From Octopus sinensis (taxonomy: Eukaryota), in assembly GCF_006345805.1 (NCBI RefSeq), contig NW_021829942.1, positions 1 to 60,360 of the forward strand: DNA of 60,360 bases, written 5' to 3'. Each line of letters opens with the position of its first letter. Positions within the stretch are counted from its first letter, which is position 1. Positions 38,178 to 49,002 of the stretch are shown here, piece by piece. The translations under genes were made by a program, and so were the position numbers. Under the pieces are notes generated by a model that saw only the letters and a program-made list of their open reading frames with translations, was not told the origin of the DNA and did not search any database.

Positions 38178-38579
38178 GATGCCGCTGTTTTTTCGTGTCT
38201 CGTTATTTGCTTTGAACTTTACACAAAATTTCTTCCGAATGTCACAATAAGAAAATATATGACGACTTCATTAAGTAGAGAACAAGGTTGACAGCCGGAA
38301 CAGTTATGTGAAATTTTAAGTACGCAATCAATGGACTGCTGGTCGGGTTGTGTAGTGGGCAAATAGCAACCAAAAGATGTGTGAGTTTTTTTGCATCCAG
38401 TGTCCTGGCTACAGTCATGTCGTGTGAATGGGCCAAAAGACTATTATATATGTACACGTGTGTATGTGTGTGTGTATATCAGCGTTTGCGTCTGTGTGTG
38501 TGTATATATATGCCATACTGACAGTCAGTATATAATATATATATATATATATATATATCTCTATCATCATCATCATCAT

Positions 38580-38883
38580 CGTGAACCGACCAGTCTATCA
38601 GATGTTGCTACACAATCGCTGGTCACAATGCTCTTCGCATGTTTTTAGCCTTCAAATGAACGCCACCCCCACTGGCTAAGCGAGCAGGCCAACAGAAGAA
38701 AGAGTGAGAGAAAGTTGTAGCGAAAGAGTACAAGCAGGAACCGCCACTACCCCCTGCCAGAGCCTCGTGGAGCTTTAGGTGTTTTCGCTCAATAAACACT
38801 CACAACGCCCGGCTCTGGGAATCGAAACCGCAATCCTACGACCGCGAGTCCGCTGCCCTGACCACTAGGCCATTGCGCCTCCA
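38580..38883 (-). mobile_element. Family C SINE, tail type 2
   Basis: Head plus tail TGTTGGCCTGCTCGCTTAGCCAG...GCATTGTGACCAGCGA. Confidence 0.88.
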
Positions 38884-38899
38884 TATATATATACATATA

Positions 38900-39100
38900 T
38901 TACTTTATTGCTCACAAGGGGTTAAACATAGAGGGGACAAACAAGCTCAGACAAAGGGATTAAGTCGATTACATCGACCGCAGTGTGTAACTGGTACTTA
39001 TTTAATCAACCACGAAAGGATGAAGGCAAGGTCGACCTCAGCGGAATTTGAACTCAGAACGTAATGGCAGACGAAATACCATTTCTTTACTACCCACAAG
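38900..39100 (-). mobile_element. Family B SINE, tail variant 1
   Basis: GGATGAAGGCAAGGTCGACCTCAGCGGAATTTGAACTCAGAACG is the reverse complement of the body. Confidence 0.8.
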
Positions 39101-39138
39101 GCGTGCAACATTTTACATTTGCCAGCTAGCCGCCTTCA

Positions 39139-39178
<40 letters not shown>

Positions 39179-39254
39179 TATATAATATATATATATATCT
39201 AGATATATTATATATATATTATTATATACATACTACTATATATTATATATATAC

Positions 39255-39308
<54 letters not shown>

Positions 39309-39309
39309 T

Positions 39310-39518
39310 CTTTACTCTTTTAACTTTTTCAGGTCATTTGACTGCGGCCATGCTGGAGCACCGCCTTTAGTCGAGCAACTCAACCTCAGGACTTATTCTT
39401 TTTGTAAGCCAGTACTTATTCTATCGGTCTCTTTTTGTGCGAACCACTAAGTGACGGGAACGTAAACACACACAGGCATCGGTTGTCAAGTAATGCTAGG
39501 AACAAAACAGACACACAA

Positions 39519-39579
<61 letters not shown>

Positions 39580-39652
39580 TACGACAGGCTTCTATCAGTT
39601 TCCATCTACCAAATCCACTCACAGACCTTGCCCAAGATGCCACGCAGTGGGA
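39310..39652 (-). mobile_element. Family A SINE, partial head
   Basis: Tail 39310-39520, CORE-like part 39580-39652. Confidence 0.8.
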
Positions 39653-39889
39653 CTATATATAATATATATATATAATATATATATACTATTGTATCTCGGG
39701 AGAGTCATTTTCTTTGTGCCTTATAATTTTACAGGTGTGTTAAATAGAAAGCACCAAAGAGAATGACTCTCTCCAGACACAACAGAATATTGCGTCAACA
39801 CACACACGAACTCACATAAAGAATCTTGCAAACCAAATCCCAAACGAAATATATATATATATGTATATATATTTATATATATAATAATA

Positions 39890-39924
<35 letters not shown>

Positions 39925-39949
39925 TTCAAGCAAACAAATCCCAAAACGA

Positions 39950-40033
<84 letters not shown>

Positions 40034-40049
40034 TATATATATATATATT

Positions 40050-41835
40050 TCAAGTGTGTTTTCACTCCACCCCTTGGGCATCTCCAAATCACCAATCCAC
40101 TGACTTCTTTACCACTGCAGATATAAAATCAGAGGCGGCGACGATAATTACATCGATAAAGGAAGACGATGTAATAAAGGCTATAGATGAAATGAAACAG
40201 ACTCAGCTACTGGCCCGATGGATTCCCGGCAATCCTCCTAAAAGTATGTAAGAGAGTTCTAGCAAGACCACTGCAGTTCCTCTTTCAGAGCTTCCTTGCA
40301 GCTGGCAAACTTCCAAGAAAACTGAAGGAAGGTAAAATATGCCCCATTCATAAAGAGGTAGCAGAGCGGAGGCCAGAACTACAGACCTATCTCTTTGACC
40401 CCACACATCAGCAAGGTCATGGAACGAATAGTCAGAAGGAAACTGATCACTTCCTTGAAGAAAATGACTTGCTGCCCGACACCCAACATGGTTTCGACCA
40501 GAAAAAGCTGTTTAACTCAGCTCCTACAACACTATGACTGGGTGCTGAAACGGCTGCTCAACCACTCAAATGTAGAAGTGATATATCTCGACTTTGCAAA
40601 GGCCTTTGATAAAGTCGATCATGGAATGATATGTCACAAACTGCGTGATCTCAACATAGTTGGAAAACTGGGAGAATGGCTTCATGACTTTCTGAAAGAT
40701 AGAAGTCAGTGGTAGTAGCAAGTAGGGGGGCCACTTCCATTAACGCAAATAGTGAGCGGTGTTCGCAGGGCACTGTTTTGGGACCACTACTGTTCATAAT
40801 GGCCCTCTCAGACATGCCCTCAGCCACGCAGAGAGCCACGATCACAAGTTATGCAGATGATACAAAAGTTTCACAGGCAATACAGAACCCTGAGACACTA
40901 AACGCCTGCAATGTGAGCTGGACAAAATATACAAGTGGGCTGAAAAGAATAGCATGCAGTTCAATGCTGAAAGTTTCATCAAGCTTTATACTATCAGCAT
41001 GCAAAACTAAATGCAATACCCAATGAATACACTGGACCCGGAGGAATAGCAATCCCAGAGGCACAATCAGTGCGTGACCTAGGTATTTACATGAGTGATG
41101 ACGCAACCTTTCGTGTACATGTTGCTAAATTGGCAATGAAATGTAGACGACTGGCCGGATGGATTCTCAGAACAAGAGAACAAGAAACCATGATGGTCCT
41201 CTGGAGGACACTTGTCCTAAGCCACTTTGACTATTGCTCTCAGTTATGGTCACCATCCAGTATCAAGTTGATCACAGAACTCGAGGCGATCCAACGTAGC
41301 TACACAAGAAGATAGCTTCTATGCAGAATGTAAGCTACTGGGAAAGACTCAAGAGATTAAGACTATATTCCTTGGAGCGTGGCGGGAAAGATATGCCATA
41401 ATATACATCTGGAAGATCCTGGAGGGACGTGTCCCAACTTTGGCATCGAGAGTTTACACAAATGCCAGAACTGGGCGCCACTGCGTGGTGCCTAGGACTC
41501 CAAATTTGCCATCAAGATGTAGGACAAGATACTGTGATAGCCTGGGCTCCGAGGCCCACAGCTCTTCAATCCTCCTCCCGAAGAACCTGGGAGACCTGCA
41601 TGGGGTGGATGCAGATGTCTTTAAAATGAAACTGGATCTCTTTCCTGTCAGGTGTCCCAGATGAACCAACTTCACGGCAGGAGGTGCAGATGAGGCAGCT
41701 GCATCGAAACTCTCTCATGCACCAAATGGCAGTCGCTAAAAAGCTTTCGTGAAGTAAAACCAGTAGCAACACCAAAAGGCGGTGCCCCAGCATGGCCACA
41801 GCTCATGAGCTGAAACTAAAATCAATCAATCAATC
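40050..41835 (+). pseudogene. 5'-truncated CR1-clade LINE, ORF2 reverse transcriptase pseudogene with intact 3' end
   Basis: YRPISLT-like, LDFAKAFDKVDH (~40586-40622), QGTVLGPLLF, YADD (40850-40861), RDLGI, DYCSQLWSP motifs across frameshifts; (ATCA)n tail. Confidence 0.93.
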
Positions 41836-41864
41836 ATGTATATATATATATAACATACAACATA

Positions 41865-41926
<62 letters not shown>

Positions 41927-41994
41927 ACAACATATATATATATATATATATATAACATACATACATACATATATATATACATATATATATATAA

Positions 41995-42200
41995 CGGGAA
42001 GCTTTATGAAATAAACAAAAGACGAAGGCAGGTGGAAAACAAACGAACAATTGTATTAGTATGGCGCTCAGGAAATATAAATAAAACAAGTCTTTAACGT
42101 TTCGAGCCTACGCTCTTCAACAGAAAGATACACAGAGAGAGAAAAACACAGAAAGAAGGAGAGAAAAAAAATGCGTGCAGTAGCTAACGAATCAACATGG
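41995..42200 (-). mobile_element. Short non-coding element with hammerhead-like motif (copy 3)
   Basis: Minus 42128-42091: TCTTT CTGTTGA A GAGC GTAG GCTC GAAAC GTT AAAGA (5-bp stem I). Confidence 0.72.
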
Positions 42201-42274
42201 CGATATATATATATACATACATACATATATATATACATACGTATATATATACATTATATATACAATATATATAC

Positions 42275-42318
<44 letters not shown>

Positions 42319-42344
42319 CTATAATATAGTATATATATATAATT

Positions 42345-42905
42345 TCAACAATTGAGGGTAAAATTAATTAATTAATTAATCAATTTCACAAGTATTCAGT
42401 ATGCAAAGGGACCATTTAAGGCAAATTCAAATTATTACATTATATAAAGGGCTTAGTAAAATAAATTACTTTGCCGCATACTGAACTCGTTAGAAATAGC
42501 AGCTAAAAAAACTATTTCTAACACTTAAAGAAAAACCTCTCTCATATAGTGCTTGCTCAATTCAACCCAAGAAAGTTGGAGGGTAGAGACATTAAAAAAT
42601 CAAATGCAAAGGTTATTGAGTACGTACGTTTCAAGATTAGCCAAATTCGACCCTTCTCTCATCAGCTCAGAATGCCCTTGTTTGAGTTTGAAAAACACTG
42701 AAAATGGGAGCATACCCTTCGGCTTGTTATCGCTTCTGAAGATCTGTTCCCAACTAACAGTGCTAGCTACTCAAATATGCAAGAGAAAAATTTCTGTTCT
42801 CCCCTTTCCACCAGCGTGGGTTAAAATCAGTGGGTTTTTTAGCTGTTATTTCTAACGAGTTCAGTATGCGGCAAAGTAATTTATTTTACTAAGCCCTTTT
42901 ATATA

Positions 42906-42910
<5 letters not shown>
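42345..42910. mobile_element. Inverted-repeat element, probable Penelope pseudo-LTR derivative
   Basis: ~75-bp inverted arms at ~42436-42510 and ~42835-42910; contains a hammerhead motif. Confidence 0.6.
42617..42669 (-). ncRNA. Candidate type-I hammerhead ribozyme
   Basis: TGAG-CTGATGA-GAGA(18 nt)TCTT-GAAAC-GTAC-GTA-CTCA: canonical core, three stems, GUA triplet. Confidence 0.65.
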
Positions 42911-42936
<26 letters not shown>

Positions 42937-42947
42937 CTATATATGTA

Positions 42948-42978
<31 letters not shown>

Positions 42979-42986
42979 GATATATA

Positions 42987-43034
<48 letters not shown>

Positions 43035-43060
43035 TATATATTATAATATATATATTATAT

Positions 43061-43092
<32 letters not shown>

Positions 43093-43145
43093 ATATATAT
43101 ATAATTATATATATATATATATTATATATGTATGTATGTATGTGC

Positions 43146-43512
43146 GGGCGCATGGCCCAGTGGTTAGGGCAACGGATTCGTGGCGTAGACATCACAGTTT
43201 CGATTGCCAGACGTAGTTTGTATGTTTTGTATGTTTTTTTTTTTTATGAAAACACCTAAAGCTCCACAAGACTCCTGCGAAGGGTGGGGCGAACCCTACT
43301 GTAGTCTTTCACCACAGATTTCTCTCACTCTTTCTTCCTGTTTCTGTTGTACCTGCATTTGAAAATGGTCAGCCTTGTCACACTCTGTGTCACGCTGAAT
43401 CTCTCCGAGAACTACGTTAAGTGAACACGTGACTGTGGAGTGCTCCACCACTTGCACGTTAATTTTATGAGCAACCAGCCCCATTGATCAACTAGAAATC
43501 TCGTTGTTGTAA
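43146..43512 (+). mobile_element. Family C SINE with tail type 4 (shared with family D)
   Basis: GGCGCATGGCCCAGTGGTTAGGGC head; tail CCTTGTCACACTCTGTGTCACGCTGAATCTC matches ~13615-13760. Confidence 0.8.
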
Positions 43513-43516
43513 GTTA

Positions 43517-44365
43517 CGTTTTCTCTATTTCTTTACTTTTGGAATACGTGACCAAATGCCACTTATATCTCTTCTTTTTCACTTCTGCTTGCTTCGGCTC
43601 CCGTCCTGAACTGTTCGGGCATGCAGAAACATCATAACCAATTTTTCTCCCTGTTGTAATGCTGTTCATTTTTTTTTTTCCGTGTGCCTTCTTTCACTAC
43701 TGCTTCTATTGGTGCTTCACACCTATTTCTCTTTTCTTCCATCAGAATTTCCTTTAGCCTTTTTTGACTGTCTGAGGAAGAATTCACCCGTAACGGCTCC
43801 GTGGAGTGGTTTATGGCATCTTCTTCGTTGACAAACCTTACTTCCACTGAGCCATACTTCTTTCCACGTGTATAGAACGTGGTCAATTTTTTAACATTTT
43901 CGAGGCATTCCTCTATTTCTTCTGTTGGGGCTACCTCTATCTTGTTCGAGGACGTAGACAACGTTCTGTATACTACCGTTCCCTTCGCTATGCTTTTCAT
44001 CAGTTCTTCTGGGGGTGTCAGCTTTAGACTCCCTCCTTTTTTACAAATTTCTTCCTTCCTTCTCTTTCTTGTATCAATTTCTATTTCCTGCAATTCCAGG
44101 GTGTTGGTATTTATTCCTTATGTCGTTGCCGCTGCGTAACTTTGTCTATTCTCCATTTCTCTTCCTTTCTTCACTTCTCCCGTAGACGGGGATTATACAG
44201 GTGCAAACGAGACAGTGACTGAAATTCAACAATTTACACAATCCAACGAATCTTGGTTCACCCGCGCGGGGAAACCTACAACAAACATACAATTTCAGTG
44301 TGTAACGATTCGAACTTACATCGAAGAAATCACAACCAACACCCATTAGTGGCAATCACCGGTTA
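43517..44365 (-). pseudogene. ORF1p-like element, 5' part (copy X2)
   Basis: ATG at 44156, MENRQSYAAATT* then ORF 44093-43632 with RRM-like GSVEVRFVNEEDA; preceded by ~210 nt of leader. Confidence 0.65.
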
Positions 44366-45170
44366 ATTATTTATTATAGGCACAAGGCCTGCATACAGAG
44401 GGGACATACACAAACATGCGGGAACAAAAAAACATAAGAAAAAATTAATTACATTAAATTAAATTATAATGAATATGAAACGGTTTTCTCGGTCCCGCTC
44501 CGAGACGAAACCGCCATTACTTTTTTACAATTAAACAATCTTACAGTTTTTTCCCATTTTTTTGCTTGTTCTTTTTCTTCGTCTTTTTTTTTGTATCGTT
44601 TTTTCTTTCTTTTTTCTTTATACATTTTAACAGTCTATTTTCCTCGTTTTTTTTTTATGAAGTACAAATTTTACTTATTTTTAAATGTTCAGAAAGGGTT
44701 TCAAATCTTCTAATTCCACGACTGGCGGGAGCTCGTCAAACTCGACTTCAACCCCCAGCGGGTCTATGAAATGTCCATACATCTCTCTCAATTTCAAAAC
44801 TCTCTCTTTATCTATGACTATTCCTTTACTGTACTCCGGGTATTTTCCTGGCGGCAGCTTTACTCTTATTACCGGTTTAAATTTTACAATCGTTTTCTCT
44901 ATTTCTTTACTTTTGGAATACCTGACCAAATGCCACTTATATCTCTTCGTTTTTTACTTCTGCTTGCTTCGGCTCCCGTCCTGATCTGTTCGGGCATGCA
45001 GAGACATCATAACCAATTGTATGAACGCTTCTTCCTTTTTCTCCCTGTTGTAATGCTGTTTTTTTTTTCTTTTTCCTGTGTGCCTTCTTTCACTACTGTT
45101 TCTATTGGTGCTTCACACCTATTTCTCTTTTCTTCCATCACAATCTCCTTTAGCCTTTTTTGGCAACAGC
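44366..45170 (-). pseudogene. ORF1p-like element, 3' part with 3' UTR (copy X1)
   Basis: Possible zinc-knuckle remnant (IGYDVSACP), C-terminal ORF 44929-44681, A-rich UTR, hairpin 44481-44513; 44891-45162 repeats 43517-43766. Confidence 0.65.
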
Positions 45171-45209
45171 GACAATCGCCGGTTGTCGATGTGAAGTGCT
45201 ATCCCGATC

Positions 45210-45497
45210 GGGCCGACCAAAGCCTTGTGAGTGGATTTGGTAGACGGAAACTGAAAGAAGCCCGTCGTATATATGTATATATATGCGTGTGTGTGTTTGT
45301 CCCCCTAGCATTGCTTGACAACCGATGCTGGTGTGTTCATGTCACCGTTACTTAGTGGTTCGGCAAAAGAGACCGATAGAATAAGTACTGGGCTTACAAA
45401 AGAATAAGTCCCGGGGTCGAGTTGCTCGATTAAAGGCGGTGCTCCAGCATGGCCGCAGTCAAATGACTGAAACAAGTAAAAGAGAAAGAGTAAAGAG
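45210..45497 (+). mobile_element. Family A SINE lacking the tRNA head
   Basis: GGGCCGACCAAAGCCTTGTGAG...GACTGAAACAAGTAAAAGAG. Confidence 0.88.
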
Positions 45498-45827
45498 TAT
45501 CCTTTTACTAGTGACGAAAAGTCACTGATCTCGAAAAGGTGTAAATAAACAATAATAAATCTCTGAGCGAGGTATACACAGTAGCTACACGGCATCGTGA
45601 AGTATATTTGCCCCGATGACAGGTCAATACCTAGAAAACAGGGGCCGTGTGTATCACGTCAGGTTGAAGGTGAGAAGGATGACTTCCCTTTGCAAATACC
45701 GCTAGGGCACAGAAAGTGTGTCAATAGCCAGCTGGAGGAGGTGTCCTCCTAGGGCTACAAACTACAGTAGCATCCAAATTTGAAGGTTAGCTATATATAA
45801 GTGGTACATATACTTCACGATAAAAAT

Positions 45828-45858
<31 letters not shown>

Positions 45859-45909
45859 TATATATATATACATATGTGTGAGTGTGTGTGCGTGTGTGTG
45901 TGTGTGTGT

Positions 45910-46210
45910 GGAGGCGCAATGGCCCAGTGGTTAGGGCAGCGGACTCGCGGTTGTAGGATCGCGGTTTCGATTCCCAAACCGGGCGTTGTGTGTGTTTATT
46001 GAGCGAAAACACCTAAAAGCTCCACGAGGTTCCGGTATGGTGTAGTGGCGATCCTTGCTGTACTCTTTCGCCACAACTTTCTCTCACTCTTTCTTCTGTT
46101 GGCCTGCTCGCTTAGCCAGCGGGGTGGCGTCGTTCGAAGACTAAAACAATGCGAACGCATTGTGACCAGCGATGTGTAGCAATATCTGATGGTCTGGTCG
46201 GTCACGTGAT
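45910..46210 (+). mobile_element. Family C SINE, tail type 2
   Basis: Near-consensus head and tail. Confidence 0.9.
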
Positions 46211-46599
46211 CACATGCATGCATGCAATATAATATAATATTATATAATAGAAATATTAAAATTACTAAGTCTCTCTAAAGGATATTACGGCAGCGTTACT
46301 GGAAATTAATAGTTATCGCCATACTAATATGGCAGTCTTATTTATAAGACTGCATATTAGTATGGCGATAACTATTAATATATATATACATATGCACATA
46401 TATATATATGCGCGTATACATATATATGTATCTGTGATCCCATGTATCTATGCATCTAAATCCTGTATGCAATCAGGTGGTGATTCAAACAGTTGTTTAC
46501 AGTTACACGCCATTCTAATCGCCCGTTCTACTTCTGCATGGCAGAGAATATCCTGTTTCACCGACTGATCTCAGCGATTGTACTCTGCTGTAGTCTGTG

Positions 46600-47250
46600 A
46601 TTAAAAGTACGGTGTTTATGCGAATCTGGTTGGATTACTGGACGGATAAAATATCTGTAACTGAAGTCACTAATGAATTTGAAATACTATAATCCTAGGA
46701 CGATGGAAACTCAATTTCTCTATTATTAAGTGATTCGATCTTATAGATATCAAACCACCTTAGAATATCACTCAGTTAGATATCGTAGAATTCTATCCCC
46801 GGATTATAGGCATCTATTCCTGCTGAAAGCCCCAGATTTCGAAAGAAAAGTACCCCCAGAATAATAATAAATGCTAAGAGGTCGCTCTCATATCGTAAAA
46901 TTTTCCTACCGAATCATATTGCAAATTAAGCCGTTCTTTGATGTTTCATTTCAAAGCTACGGTGACGTTGAAGAGCTGATCTCGTGGGACTAATTATCGT
47001 AGAAAGCCTAAAAATCCAATTAAGACACGTAGCTTAGAACTTCGTAAAAACAGAGATTTAGCAATTTCATGCAAAACCATGGAAAATTTAAAGACGTGAT
47101 ACGGATTCGAGTTGAACATAACCACCAGCACTCACCTACTAATAACGATCGTTCAGGCAATGAAGATCTGTCCACGGTGAAAGATCGAACAATTCCAAAA
47201 GCCGAACACAAACTTTCCAACCGTTCCTAGACATCAGAACTTTCCAGACA
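46600..47250 (+). pseudogene. Decayed Penelope-like element reverse transcriptase fragment
   Basis: Ordered motifs across frameshifts: RWKLNFSIIK*F, QLDIVEFYPRI (DIVEFYP at 46779-46799), IIINAKRSLSY, FDVSFQSYGD..ELVGL, FELNIT; parallels PLE RT motifs as I recall them (QWKNT..VI.WF, FDIVEFYPSI, FDVTMGSYDGAE..ELVG). Confidence 0.7.
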
Positions 47251-47714
47251 GCTCTCTTCCATCTTTTAGTTGTGCCAGTCATCACATTGTGGCCATACTG
47301 GGGCACGGCCTTGAATAATTTTTAGTCAAATGAATCGATCCCAGTCTTTTTTTTTAATTTTTAAAACCTGGTACTTATTCTACTTATCTCTTTTGTCGAA
47401 CGGCTAAGTTATGGTGGAATAAAGAAATACCGGTAGTCAAGCGATGGTAGAGGACAAACACACAAAGACACAGACACACACACACACACAATCTATATAT
47501 ATGCTCTTAGCTTAGTTTTTCCTTGGGGTTGGCCAGATTGGAGCAATGTCAAGTATAATCAGCCGAAATTGAGTAGATAATCTGTTACTTGACTGAGGAA
47601 AGAAAACTTCGAATGACTCGTCCTTATTTTCTTTGTATCGTCAATCTGGATGTTTTGTTGTCCCATTTTTGTATCACCTAACTGTCCGGATGTTTTGCGT
47701 TCTTGTCCTATTTT

Positions 47715-47986
47715 GTACAAATCCGGGCAAGTTTGTTTATGGAAGACCAGCAGTCGCCCATGTAAACCGGCCTCTCCTCTCCACGTCACCAGTGTTATCC
47801 AAGGGAAAGGCAAAAGGGCCGCTACATCTTGGCACCTGAGATATCGCAACTCATTTCAACAGCTGAGTGAACTGGAGCAACGTGAAATAAAGTGTCTTGC
47901 TCAAGAACACAACATGCAGCCCTGTCCCGGATTCGAACTCACAACCTCACGATCGTAAGCTCGACGCTCTAACCACTGAGCCATAT
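47715..47986 (-). mobile_element. Family D SINE
   Basis: CAGCTGAGTGAACTGGAGCAACGTGAAATAAAGTGTCTTGCTCAAG; homologous to 8650-8914. Confidence 0.85.
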
Positions 47987-48565
47987 GCATATACATCATG
48001 TTTGCTGGCCACTATCATTATTTTTTAAAAGATAATTTAATTTCATATGTGTGTGTATGTACGTATGTATGTATGTATGCATGTGTGTATATGCATATTT
48101 ATACACACTCACACACCGTAAACGCACACATAAGCGACATAGCTCAACAGTTAGATGCACACACATGCAGATATACGAAAATACGCAGAGGAAAATTTTA
48201 ATGATCCCCGACCAACATTCAGCCAACTAGAAGTTCGAAAGGTGGAAGCAATTTTCTCACAACAAATGACATCTTAGGTCAGAGTGTTGTGAGAAACTTC
48301 AGATATCCTTCTTGCCAGGCTAGACGTAACGTTAGAGTCATGTGGTGTCTGGTGGAAGATGGGATGTCACTGGTTGTAGAGGAGGGAGTTACTGGTTGCA
48401 GGCGGGGGGCGGGGCGGGGCAGGTGGAATATCAAGAAATTGTGATGGTGACTGGTTGATGTTGTGTGTGGCTCCTTCCACACTGTCTATCTTTATAACTG
48501 CACAAGGTCATTCTTTCTTGGTTACTGCATCCTTATCTCTTTCTCTCACTCTGTTTCTCTCTTCT

Positions 48566-48601
<36 letters not shown>

Positions 48602-49002
48602 CATACAGAGAGAGAGAAAGGAGGAGAGTTAGTGAATGACGAAAGGAGAGAAGCATAGCTAGATTTAGATAGATACACTTATATGTGTATTTATATATAT
48701 ATATATATACATTTATATATTTAAATGTATACGTCTATATATATATACATATATATATATGTATATATAATATACATATACATACATATACATACCCGCA
48801 TACACACACATATACATATATATATATATATATAGTATATATACATTTATATATTTAAATGTATACGTCTATATATATATACATATATATATATGTATAT
48901 ATACATATACATACATATACATACACGCATACACACACATATACATGCATAATATATATATGAATATATATATATATATATCCAAATAAGCAACAAGGAT
49001 AT

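Noticed and set aside
45910-45985. tRNA gene calls for SINE heads (also 57031, 10181, 13450)
   Set aside because: A/B boxes are present but I see no complete cloverleaf, and each continues into a SINE body
48400-48425. GC-box or G-quadruplex-like GGGGGGCGGGGCGGGGC
   Set aside because: Only three separable G3+ runs and no other promoter evidence
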